This document shows positions 52,829 to 61,445 of a DNA stretch of 64,000 bases, piece by piece. Source of the DNA: Phormidium sp. (GTDB lineage Bacteria; Cyanobacteriota; Cyanobacteriia; Cyanobacteriales; Aerosakkonemataceae); assembly GCA_051013385.1 (NCBI GenBank), contig CP143273.1, positions 768,001-832,000 on the forward strand, in the 5' to 3' direction. A program made the translations under genes and the position numbers. Under the pieces are notes generated by a model that had not been told where the DNA came from, did not search any database, and saw only the letters and a program-made list of their open reading frames with translations. Every line of letters starts with the position of its first letter. Position 1 is the first letter of the stretch.

Positions 52829-52984
52829 AAGGCTGTGCTTTGGTTTTTTTTCGCACCTAATTCACAAGCTTGTCTATCTTAGCATAAATTACAAAGAGAG
52901 TCTATCCCTCCGCTCGGTTTTTTTGTGAAGAGCAATTCTTCTCTGGCTCAATTTAAGATAGATTATGTCGCTCAAATGTTTGTA

Positions 52985-53353
52985 ATGTCTCGCTTATATA
53001 AAATTCGGATTCACGATCGCCAACGGAACACCTATCATACCATCGAAGTCCCAGACGATCGCTACATCCTCCACAGCGCCGAAAACCAAGGTGTAGAACT
53101 ACCATTTTCCTGTCGCAACGGCGCTTGTACCACCTGCGCCGTCAGAGTACTTTCCGGCGACATCTATCAACCAGAAGCAATGGGACTATCCCTAGAATTA
53201 CAGAAACAAGGTTACGCTCTCTTATGTGTCAGTTATGCTCGTTCAGACTTAGAAGTGGAAACACAAGATGAGGACGAGGTTTACGAACTCCAATTTGGTC
53301 GGTATTTTGGAAAAGGTAAAGTAAAAGTCGGTTTGCCTTTGGATGAAGATTAA
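52985..53353 (+). CDS. 2Fe-2S ferredoxin
   Basis: PFSCRNGACTTC...LLCV. Confidence 0.93.
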   Translation: MSRLYKIRIHDRQRNTYHTIEVPDDRYILHSAENQGVELPFSCRNGACTTCAVRVLSGDIYQPEAMGLSLELQKQGYALLCVSYARSDLEVETQDEDEVYELQFGRYFGKGKVKVGLPLDED

Positions 53354-53873
53354 CATTGCCCATTTCTTTAGCCTGGTAACTGTTTGCTGTTTATTACTCT
53401 TGGGGGGATGCCAGTCCACTAGCACTCCCCAAGGAGTAACATTGAAAGTAGAACGGATTGTCAGCGGACAAACCTTAGAAGTAATCGCTCCGCAAAAACA
53501 AACTGATTCAGCTTTACGGGTGCAACTGATTGGCGTATCAGCACCAGACTTACGCCAAAGACCTTGGGGAGAAACCGCAAGAGATAGATTAGAGGAAATG
53601 ATTGGGGAAAAACCTGTATTACTCGAATCTGACTTGGAACCAAAAGACCAATTCGATCGACAATTAGCTTATGTCTGGCAAGATGGTAAGCTATTGAATG
53701 AAGAATTACTCAGAGAAGGTTGGGCTTTATTTCGACCCCGATCGCTTAACCGCAAATACGACCAACGCCTAGAACGCGCTCAAGAGTACGCTAGAGTCAT
53801 GGGATTAGGCATTTGGAGTCCAGATCAAGCCTTACGTCTACCTCCAGAACAATTTCGGCAACAACACAGATAA
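53343..53873 (+). CDS. Thermonuclease (SNase-like) lipoprotein
   Basis: Lipobox LGGC, SGQTL, VQLIGVSAP, D.FDRQLAYVW, LNEELLREG. Confidence 0.85.
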   Translation: MKINIAHFFSLVTVCCLLLLGGCQSTSTPQGVTLKVERIVSGQTLEVIAPQKQTDSALRVQLIGVSAPDLRQRPWGETARDRLEEMIGEKPVLLESDLEPKDQFDRQLAYVWQDGKLLNEELLREGWALFRPRSLNRKYDQRLERAQEYARVMGLGIWSPDQALRLPPEQFRQQHR

Positions 53874-54054
53874 TTAACAACTCAAAATTCCCACGCTCTC
53901 CTGTTGATCGGGAGCAGCACCCGCACTAATCAGCACAGGCAAAAGTTTTTGCTCAAAACTACTTGCCCATTAGGGGGTTGATAGGGGATACTTCTATTCA
54001 AGGTTGTATATTTTTATTAATAATTATCGAATCCTAACTTCACCTAATTTAAAG

Positions 54055-54900
54055 ATGAGTTCACCAACCCCAGAACAGCTACAAATTTTTCTCGATATTG
54101 CCACAGAAGCCGCTCTCGCTGCTGGCGCTGTGTTGCAATCCTATTTTGGTAACTTAGAAACAGTAGAAGAAAAAGGTCGTCCGGGAGATTTATTAACTGC
54201 CGCAGATAAAGCAGCCGAAGCCGTAATTTTGGAAATTTTACATCGCCACTTTCCTGACCACGCAATTTTAGCAGAAGAATCAGGACAGTTAGGAGAACAA
54301 GAAAGTAAATATCTTTGGGCGATCGATCCTTTAGATGGGACAACTAACTTTGCCCATCAATATCCCTTTTTCTCCTCATCAATTGGACTTTTAATTGCAG
54401 GAATTCCTCAAGTAGGTGCAATTTTTGCTCCTTTTCATAATGAACTATTTCGTGCTGCCAAAGGTTTAGGCGCAACTCGTAACCGTCGTCCGATTAGAGT
54501 TTCTCAAACATCAGAACTAAGTAAAAGTTTATTAGTAACAGGTTTTGCTTACGATCGCCAGCAGACAAATGACAATAATTACGCCGAATTTTGTCACCTG
54601 ACCCATCTTACCCAAGGCGTGCGGCGTAGTGGATCGGCTTCCCTAGATTTGGCTCATGTAGCTTGTGGACGCTTAGATGGATACTGGGAAAGAGGGCTTT
54701 CGCCTTGGGATATTACCGCCGGAATTGTTCTAGTACAAGAAGCCGGAGGCAAAGTAACTGCTTATGATGGCAGCCCTTTACAAATAAAATCAGGAAGAAT
54801 TTTAGCAACAAACAGTTGTATTCACAACAGTCTAAGTACCGAACTTATGCAAGTATATCCCTTGTCAGATTGGGGAAAACACTTAACAACAAATGTTTAA
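54055..54900 (+). CDS. suhB: Inositol monophosphatase family protein
   Basis: WAIDPLDGTTNF, RRSGSA, WDITAG. Confidence 0.9.
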   Translation: MSSPTPEQLQIFLDIATEAALAAGAVLQSYFGNLETVEEKGRPGDLLTAADKAAEAVILEILHRHFPDHAILAEESGQLGEQESKYLWAIDPLDGTTNFAHQYPFFSSSIGLLIAGIPQVGAIFAPFHNELFRAAKGLGATRNRRPIRVSQTSELSKSLLVTGFAYDRQQTNDNNYAEFCHLTHLTQGVRRSGSASLDLAHVACGRLDGYWERGLSPWDITAGIVLVQEAGGKVTAYDGSPLQIKSGRILATNSCIHNSLSTELMQVYPLSDWGKHLTTNV

Positions 54901-54993
54901 TTTACACCAAGAAAAATTACATCAGAGATATTACATCCTTTGATGTTACGAAGTACACTAGATGTATAGAACAAAATTCTGGAACAGTAAATT

Positions 54994-55962
54994 ATGGCAC
55001 TTAATATTGATCAAGGATTATTCAAGTTTGATTGCACAGACCATCACGCAGTTTTAGGCGTACCATTGGATGCTACAGCTAACGAAGTGAGAAAAAGATA
55101 TCTAAAAATTTCCCGTCGCCTGCATCCAGACAGCTGCACCGCTGACAGCGAAGCCAGCAAACAACAAGCCAGTCAGTTCTTCGCTAAATTAGTCAGTCCA
55201 GCTTATCAACAACTGTTTAACGATCAAAGTCGTGCCGAACATAACGTACTGCTAACCCGGATGGGAAAACGCCTAGTCCAAGAAAGAGAAAAAATAGACC
55301 TGCAAAGTGAACTAGCCAAACAGCTATACAAATCCACTAACTTGGAACATGAGTATAAAAGTGCATTGAATAAACTAATTGAAAAACAATATGAATCAAT
55401 GGACCAAATTCTGCAAAATACAGCCCAAATCAGTGAATTGAATTTAGTTTACTTAGTACGGAAGTCTAGCCAAGGTCAAAGCGCCAGTAAACCCGCCGAA
55501 GTTACTAAAGTAGCAAGTCCTGCTGTCACCACACCAGCAAAAACTAACCCACCCGCAGCCACAGCAGCTAAAGTACCTCCAGTAGCGGAAAAGAAACCTG
55601 CTAAGGTAGAACCTTCTCCTGCCGAAACCTACTGCCGTCGTGCCCAAGAGTATATCGAAAAGAACTATCCCGCCAAAGCGATTTTAGAATTGAGAGATGC
55701 GATGAAGATGGAGCCGAAAAGTAGTCGCGTTCATGCTTTAATGGCAATGGCTTATTTAAATCAGGAACAGTTAAAAATGGCGAAAATTCACTTAGAAAGC
55801 GCCTTACAATTTAATCCCGAAGAGCCAACAGCAATAGAAGTGAAAAAACGCATCGATTTCATCGAAAAACGTACTGGTATGCGGACAGCAGCAGCAACTA
55901 AAAAGCCTGAAACAAAGGCTAGCGGCGGATTATTTGGTTTGTTTGGCGGGAAGAAGAAATAA
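54994..55962 (+). CDS. J-domain protein with C-terminal TPR
   Basis: HPD motif in N-terminal J domain, TPR helices. Confidence 0.85.
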   Translation: MALNIDQGLFKFDCTDHHAVLGVPLDATANEVRKRYLKISRRLHPDSCTADSEASKQQASQFFAKLVSPAYQQLFNDQSRAEHNVLLTRMGKRLVQEREKIDLQSELAKQLYKSTNLEHEYKSALNKLIEKQYESMDQILQNTAQISELNLVYLVRKSSQGQSASKPAEVTKVASPAVTTPAKTNPPAATAAKVPPVAEKKPAKVEPSPAETYCRRAQEYIEKNYPAKAILELRDAMKMEPKSSRVHALMAMAYLNQEQLKMAKIHLESALQFNPEEPTAIEVKKRIDFIEKRTGMRTAAATKKPETKASGGLFGLFGGKKK

Positions 55963-57200
55963 TGGTGCATCAACCACCTGCGGGGGCACGGGATTTATTG
56001 CCCCTCGATGTAACTCAAAAACGTTGGATTGAAAACCGCTTACAGCAGGTTTATCATCGTTGCGGCTATCATCGGATTATTACATCGACAATTGAGCGGT
56101 TGGATACTTTAATGGCTGGTGGTGCCATCAACCGCTCTACAGTATTACAATTGCAAGCTGGTACAGAAGAAGAAAGTTTGGGACTGCGCCCGGAATTAAC
56201 TGCTAGTATTGCCAGAACAGCAGTTACTCGCATGGCGGGAGTTAGTTATCCGCAACGACTTTATTACAACGCTAATGTTTTTAGAAGGGCAGAGAAAGGT
56301 AGCTACAGCGGACAGCAAGAATTCTACCAAGCGGGAGTAGAATTAATTGGCAGCAGCGGGTTGCCCGCAGATGGGGAAATTTTACTGTTGCTGGCAGAGT
56401 GTTTGTTTGAGTTGGGGTTGAGTGGTTGGCATTTGGTATTGGGTGAAGCAGGACTTACCCGCAGTTTGCTGGCACATTTTCCTGATAAGTTGCAGGAGAA
56501 AGTCAGACGAGCGATCGCACATCTCGATCGTGTTACCCTAGAAAATCTCCCCCTGGAAGCAGAACTCAAAGAACAAGCCTTAATGTTACTCGACTTGCGG
56601 GGAAAACCAGCTGATGTCCTGCAAAAAGTCGCCAACTTAAAACTAGACCCTGCCCAAGAAGAAGCACTTAATAATCTTAAATCTCTAATCGACCTACTAG
56701 AACAAGGTTTGCCCAACTTAACCGCACAAACAAAATTCACTGCTCAAATCACTCTCGACTTGAGCTTAATTCAAACTTTCAATTATTACACAGGTATAGT
56801 ATTTGAAGTCGTCGGCGAAACCGATACCGGAAAACACATACTGGGACAAGGCGGACGTTACGACAAACTCTTAACCCTCTACCATCCCCAAGGACACAGC
56901 GTTCCCGGTATTGGTTTTTGCTTGAACATTGAAGAGTTATACCAAGTTTTACTCCCCACCGGACAATTACCCCAAGAAACACCCACTAGCGAATGCTTAG
57001 TAGTCGCAGAAACACCCTCAGCTTATCCGGCAGCTTTCGCTTATGCCCACACTTTGCGCCAGTCAAAAGATATCGCCAGAGTAGAATTAGACTTAGGTGG
57101 ACGCGAATCAGAAGAAATTCGGGAATATGCCCGCCTCCGCCACATCCCCAAAATTGCTTGGGTAAAAGAGTCCGGTTCACCAACTATCGAAACAGTTTGA
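55962..57200 (+). CDS. hisZ: ATP phosphoribosyltransferase regulatory subunit
   Basis: PPAGARDLLP, LRPELTASIAR, EFYQAGVEL, YYTGIVFE, GGRYD. Confidence 0.93.
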   Translation: MVHQPPAGARDLLPLDVTQKRWIENRLQQVYHRCGYHRIITSTIERLDTLMAGGAINRSTVLQLQAGTEEESLGLRPELTASIARTAVTRMAGVSYPQRLYYNANVFRRAEKGSYSGQQEFYQAGVELIGSSGLPADGEILLLLAECLFELGLSGWHLVLGEAGLTRSLLAHFPDKLQEKVRRAIAHLDRVTLENLPLEAELKEQALMLLDLRGKPADVLQKVANLKLDPAQEEALNNLKSLIDLLEQGLPNLTAQTKFTAQITLDLSLIQTFNYYTGIVFEVVGETDTGKHILGQGGRYDKLLTLYHPQGHSVPGIGFCLNIEELYQVLLPTGQLPQETPTSECLVVAETPSAYPAAFAYAHTLRQSKDIARVELDLGGRESEEIREYARLRHIPKIAWVKESGSPTIETV

Positions 57201-57284
57201 AGCAAAAAGCATTACAATTCGTAATGTTAGTTACACCAAAAAAGTGCTAACCAAACTCGTCTGTCAAATTTCCCAAAAGAGAGA

Positions 57285-57509
57285 ATGCCACACACAATTG
57301 TTACAAATACTTGCGAAGGCGTTGCTGACTGCGTAGACGCTTGCCCCGTTGCTTGCATCCATGAAGGCCCAGGCAAAAACGCCAAGGGCACAGAATGGTA
57401 TTGGATAGACTTTGCCACCTGCATAGATTGTGGCATCTGCCTACAAGTATGCCCAGTAGAAGGTGCCATAGTTCCCGAAGAACGCCCAGAACTACAAAAA
57501 ACACCCTAA
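57285..57509 (+). CDS. 4Fe-4S ferredoxin
   Basis: C....DCVDACP and CIDCGICLQVCP. Confidence 0.93.
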   Translation: MPHTIVTNTCEGVADCVDACPVACIHEGPGKNAKGTEWYWIDFATCIDCGICLQVCPVEGAIVPEERPELQKTP

Positions 57510-57661
57510 TAAGGCAGAAGGCAAAAGGCAGAAGGCAGAAGGAAAAAGAGTTTTATCTAAAGTTAACTGTTCGTTCCATACTTATACTTAATCCTCTGCA
57601 AAACCCTCCTTTTCCTCTGCGTCCTCTGCGTCTCTGCGGTTCCCTAAAAAAAACCTCCAAC

Positions 57662-58390
57662 ATGACTATTAACCCACTATTAGAAGTAGAAAACGTCTTC
57701 GCAGGATATGTCAAAGACTTAGACATCCTGCAAGGAGTCAACTTTAAAATATACCCCGGCGAATTAGTCGCAGTCATCGGACCCAATGGTGCCGGAAAAT
57801 CTACATTAGCTAAAACTATTTTTGGGTTACTCACTCCCCACCAAGGAAAAATTACCTTTAAAGGTGAAAGTATTGGCGGGTTAAAATCAGATCAAATTGT
57901 GCAACGGGGAATGTGTTACGTCCCCCAAATTGCCAATGTTTTCCCAACTTTAACAGTAGAAGAAAACCTCGAAATGGGGGCTTTTATTCGCAACGACTCC
58001 CTGCAACCATTGAAAGATAAAATTTACGCCACTTTCCCTGTTTTAGCCCAACGTCGCCGCCAACGGGCAGGAACGCTTTCCGGCGGACAAAGGCAAATGT
58101 TGGCAATGGGCAGGGCGTTAATGTTACAACCGAGTTTGCTTTTATTAGATGAACCTTCGGCGGCTTTGTCTCCGATTTTAGTTAATAATGTGTTTGAGCA
58201 AATTCGCCAAATTAATAGCAGCGGAACTGCGATCGTCCTCGTCGAACAAAATGCTAGAAAAGCTTTGGAAATGGCAGATCGCGGTTACGTCTTGGAGGCA
58301 GGACGCGATCGCTTCACAGGCCCCGGTTCACAATTATTAAATGACCCCAAAGTAGGTGAACTTTATCTCGGTGTGAAAACGGTTCATTGA
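57662..58390 (+). CDS. Branched-chain/neutral amino acid ABC ATP-binding protein (LivF/NatE-like)
   Basis: GPNGAGKST, AGTLSGGQRQMLAMGRALM, DEPSAALSP. Confidence 0.9.
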   Translation: MTINPLLEVENVFAGYVKDLDILQGVNFKIYPGELVAVIGPNGAGKSTLAKTIFGLLTPHQGKITFKGESIGGLKSDQIVQRGMCYVPQIANVFPTLTVEENLEMGAFIRNDSLQPLKDKIYATFPVLAQRRRQRAGTLSGGQRQMLAMGRALMLQPSLLLLDEPSAALSPILVNNVFEQIRQINSSGTAIVLVEQNARKALEMADRGYVLEAGRDRFTGPGSQLLNDPKVGELYLGVKTVH

Positions 58391-58583
58391 AATTTTGTTA
58401 ATTTTTGTGTCGAATTTTTTTTGTTTCCGGCAATACAGTTTTTTCGGGGCGCTTGGGAGTATACTTTAATATAATGGGATGTTTGTAATTTTTTTATTTT
58501 TGCATATACCCCATTATATGAGAATCAAAGCCTAATACAATAATATCAGGAAACAGCAAAACAATCACATAAAAATTTTGTAA

Positions 58584-59042
58584 ATGATTCAAATTTTGCC
58601 CAAACATCTACAAACGATTTGCACCCACGCCGAAAGAACTTACCCCGAAGAATGTTGCGGGATCATGTTAGGAAAAATAGGAGATGAAGGGAAAACAGTG
58701 GTGGAAGTTTGGGAGACAGTAAACGCTTGGGAATCAGAGAAATGGGCAGAGTTTCCGGGGAGTGGAGGAGTTAGGGGTAAAGAAAGCACATTTGCGATCG
58801 CACCACTAGACATCATCAAAGCACAAAAGGAGGCACGCGATCGACAATTGCAGATTATTGGATTTTACCACTCCCACCCAGACCATCCGGCGATGCCTTC
58901 GGAAATGGATCGTGCGATCGCTTGGGCAGTATACTCTTATATAATTGTCTCCGTGTCAGAAGGCAAGGCAAGGGAAGTGCGAAGTTGGTGTTTAGATGAC
59001 GCGCATCAGTTTCAGGAAGAAGAAATTTTCTCCAACGTTTAA
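58584..59042 (+). CDS. JAB/M67 family metallopeptidase
   Basis: YPEECCG, YHSHPDHPAMPSEMD JAMM motif. Confidence 0.92.
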   Translation: MIQILPKHLQTICTHAERTYPEECCGIMLGKIGDEGKTVVEVWETVNAWESEKWAEFPGSGGVRGKESTFAIAPLDIIKAQKEARDRQLQIIGFYHSHPDHPAMPSEMDRAIAWAVYSYIIVSVSEGKAREVRSWCLDDAHQFQEEEIFSNV

Positions 59043-59058
59043 CTCAAACTTGCAACCG

Positions 59059-59128
59059 GGGAGGTAGAACCTCCCAAAACTCGCGACCAGGTTCAACCTG
59101 GTCACGAGAAATAGAGGCTCTGCCTCTT
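59059..59128. repeat. REP-like triple hairpin element
   Basis: GGGAGGTAGAACCTCCC, CCAGGTTCAACCTGG, GAGGCTCTGCCTC. Confidence 0.75.
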
Positions 59129-59238
59129 GGTGCAAGAACTCAGTTTAAAACAAAATGTAAAAACCAGGGAGACAGGAAGCACACAAACGATACTTTTTAG
59201 TTACGATCTTAGATCTGCTTTTTGCTATAAAGATTGCC

Positions 59239-60411
59239 ATGCTCAATCCTAATTTGGATCAAGTCCAATTATCCAAAGAAGAATACGAAAGATATTCCCG
59301 ACACCTGATTTTACCGGAGGTAGGGCTAGAAGGGCAAAAACGCCTGAAAGCTGCCAGCGTCCTCTGCATCGGTACGGGTGGACTAGGTTCCCCATTACTG
59401 TTGTACCTAGCAGCAGCGGGAATTGGCAGACTGGGAATAGTTGACTTTGATATAGTCGATAGTTCCAACTTACAACGCCAAGTCATTCACGGCACAGCTT
59501 GGGTAGGAAAACCCAAAATCGAATCTGCCAAAAACCGGATTTTGGAAATTAACCCCAACTGTCAGGTTGATTTATACGAAACTCGCATTAGCGCCGAAAA
59601 TGCCCTAGACATCGTTAAACCTTACGACATAGTGGTGGATGGCACAGATAATTTCCCCACCCGGTATTTAGTTAATGATGCTTGTGTATTACTCAATAAA
59701 CCTAACGTTTACGGTTCAATTTTCCGGTTTGAGGGACAAGCTACCGTTTTTAATTATGAAGGTGGCCCAAATTATCGTGATTTGTACCCCGAACCCCCAC
59801 CGCCAGGAATGGTTCCCTCCTGTGCAGAAGGCGGCGTACTAGGGATTTTACCCGGAATTATCGGCGTAATTCAAGCCACAGAAACTATCAAAATTATCAT
59901 CGGCAAAGGTACTACTTTAAATGGAAGATTGTTGCTGTTCAACGCTTTGGAAATGAAATTCCGCGAGTTGAAACTGCGCCCAAATCCGATTCGTCCAGTA
60001 ATTGAAAAACTGATTGACTACGAACAATTCTGCGGGATTACCCAAGCGAAAGCAGAGGAGGCGAAACAGCAAATGGAAATGTCAGAAATGACAGTCAAAG
60101 AGTTAAAGCAACTGCTAGATAGTGGTGCTGATGACTTCGTTTTGATTGATGTTCGTAATCCTGGTGAATACGAGATCGCTAAAATTCCTGGTGCGGTTTT
60201 AGTACCTTTACCCGATATTGAAAGCGGTCCAGGTGTGGAGAAAGTTAAACAATTGCTCAACGGTCATCGCTTAATAGCTCATTGTAAAATGGGTGGGCGA
60301 TCGGCAAAAGCTTTGGGTATCCTCAAACAAGCCGGAATCGAAGGTACTAACGTCAAAGGCGGCATCACCGCTTGGAGTCGGGAAGTTGATTCTTCCGTTC
60401 CAGAATATTAA
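59239..60411 (+). CDS. moeB: Molybdopterin-synthase adenylyltransferase MoeB with C-terminal rhodanese domain
   Basis: RYSRH, GTGGLG, SNLQRQ, DGTDNF, PSCAEGG, rhodanese HCKMGGRS. Confidence 0.93.
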   Translation: MLNPNLDQVQLSKEEYERYSRHLILPEVGLEGQKRLKAASVLCIGTGGLGSPLLLYLAAAGIGRLGIVDFDIVDSSNLQRQVIHGTAWVGKPKIESAKNRILEINPNCQVDLYETRISAENALDIVKPYDIVVDGTDNFPTRYLVNDACVLLNKPNVYGSIFRFEGQATVFNYEGGPNYRDLYPEPPPPGMVPSCAEGGVLGILPGIIGVIQATETIKIIIGKGTTLNGRLLLFNALEMKFRELKLRPNPIRPVIEKLIDYEQFCGITQAKAEEAKQQMEMSEMTVKELKQLLDSGADDFVLIDVRNPGEYEIAKIPGAVLVPLPDIESGPGVEKVKQLLNGHRLIAHCKMGGRSAKALGILKQAGIEGTNVKGGITAWSREVDSSVPEY

Positions 60412-60413
60412 TT

Positions 60414-60549
60414 GGGGACTGGGAAGAAGTGGGGAGGTGGGGAGATAGGGGGCTGGGGGGAATTAAAGAAGTAATCGAGTTTATTCCCCATCCCCCATCC
60501 CCCACCTCCCCACCTCCCCATCCCCCCACCTCCCCACCTCCCCACCTCT
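60414..60549. repeat. Inverted STRR arrays (GGGGAGGT / CCCCACCT, CCCCCAT)
   Basis: Directly visible. Confidence 0.85.
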
Positions 60550-60880
60550 CAGAAAGAATTTGAAGTTTTATGACAAATTCCCTTTGGTGTTAACTTCTGC
60601 GGAAAAAAGGGAATATTAAAAATAGGGGAGACAAGAGACAGTTCTTCTGCTCTGTCTTCCCCCAGGGATGAAATGATTTTGGGATAGCTGAGTATATTAA
60701 AGTTTATATTTTTTAGAGTTCTGCTGTGGGAATGCCTCTCTGCCTACAGCAGAATTACTATTTTTAATTCCCATCTTGCACCTGTCATTTTAGCCTGCCC
60801 GAAAATCATTAGATTCGCAGGCGGATTTTGGAACTGATGCAAAGTCTGACCAACAAAAAATAGGTCTGTAATTACAAGTA

Positions 60881-60999
60881 ATACCACATCCGGGTTAAAT
60901 ACCTCCGTTATTCTTTAGTCCGCGTAGGCGGACTTTGTTTGTGTAGACGCGATTTCAATCGCCATCAGATATAGGGGGTAGCTAACTCGGATTTAGTAT
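60881..60999. mobile_element. MITE with TIRs ATACCACATCCGGGTTA / TAACTCGGATTTAGTAT
   Basis: TIRs shared with 23362-23465; interior differs (AGTCCGCGTAGGCGGACT hairpin). Confidence 0.65.
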
Positions 61000-61148
61000 A
61001 AGGTATTCTTGCATCTAAAACCTAAGATGGATGGCAATATTTCTACATCATGGAATCCTGAAATATAGGTAGTAAATGCCTTTATCAATGGGCTAAGTTT
61101 GCTCCTGTTTTTTGTATTTGTAGAAACGCGGAAAAAGAGAATAACTTC

Positions 61149-61421
61149 ATGGAAAATACATTATTTGACCGAGTGTTCCGAGACAGCGAAGGAAAAATCG
61201 TTATAGCTCAACCCCCAAATTTACCACTCATTGTTGGGATTGTATCTAGTTTATTAAAGGTAATTTTTACTACAAATGAGATTAATCTAGGATTGGACTT
61301 AATAGCTTTTGGTTCCTTTTTTACTTGGGCGTGGGAAGAACTATTTCAAGGTGTTAATTATTTTCGTAGAGCGTTAGGTTTTATTGTACTTGTTGGTTTG
61401 ATTGTATGGAAACTTCAATAA
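61149..61421 (+). CDS. Small membrane protein
   Basis: FRDSEGKIVIAQPPNLPL...WAWEELFQGVNYFRRALG; three hydrophobic segments. Confidence 0.75.
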   Translation: MENTLFDRVFRDSEGKIVIAQPPNLPLIVGIVSSLLKVIFTTNEINLGLDLIAFGSFFTWAWEELFQGVNYFRRALGFIVLVGLIVWKLQ

Positions 61422-61445
61422 AATTATTTAATTTTTCAGCAAGCC

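Noticed and set aside
57395..57661. N-terminal extension of the ABC ATPase ORF
   Set aside because: Overlaps the ferredoxin and repeat DNA; the real start is likely 57662
58584..60411. JAB + E1-like pair as a ubiquitin-like defence system (CBASS/Bil)
   Set aside because: MoeB-rhodanese with an M67 peptidase is a common sulfur-carrier arrangement; no E2, Ubl or cyclase nearby
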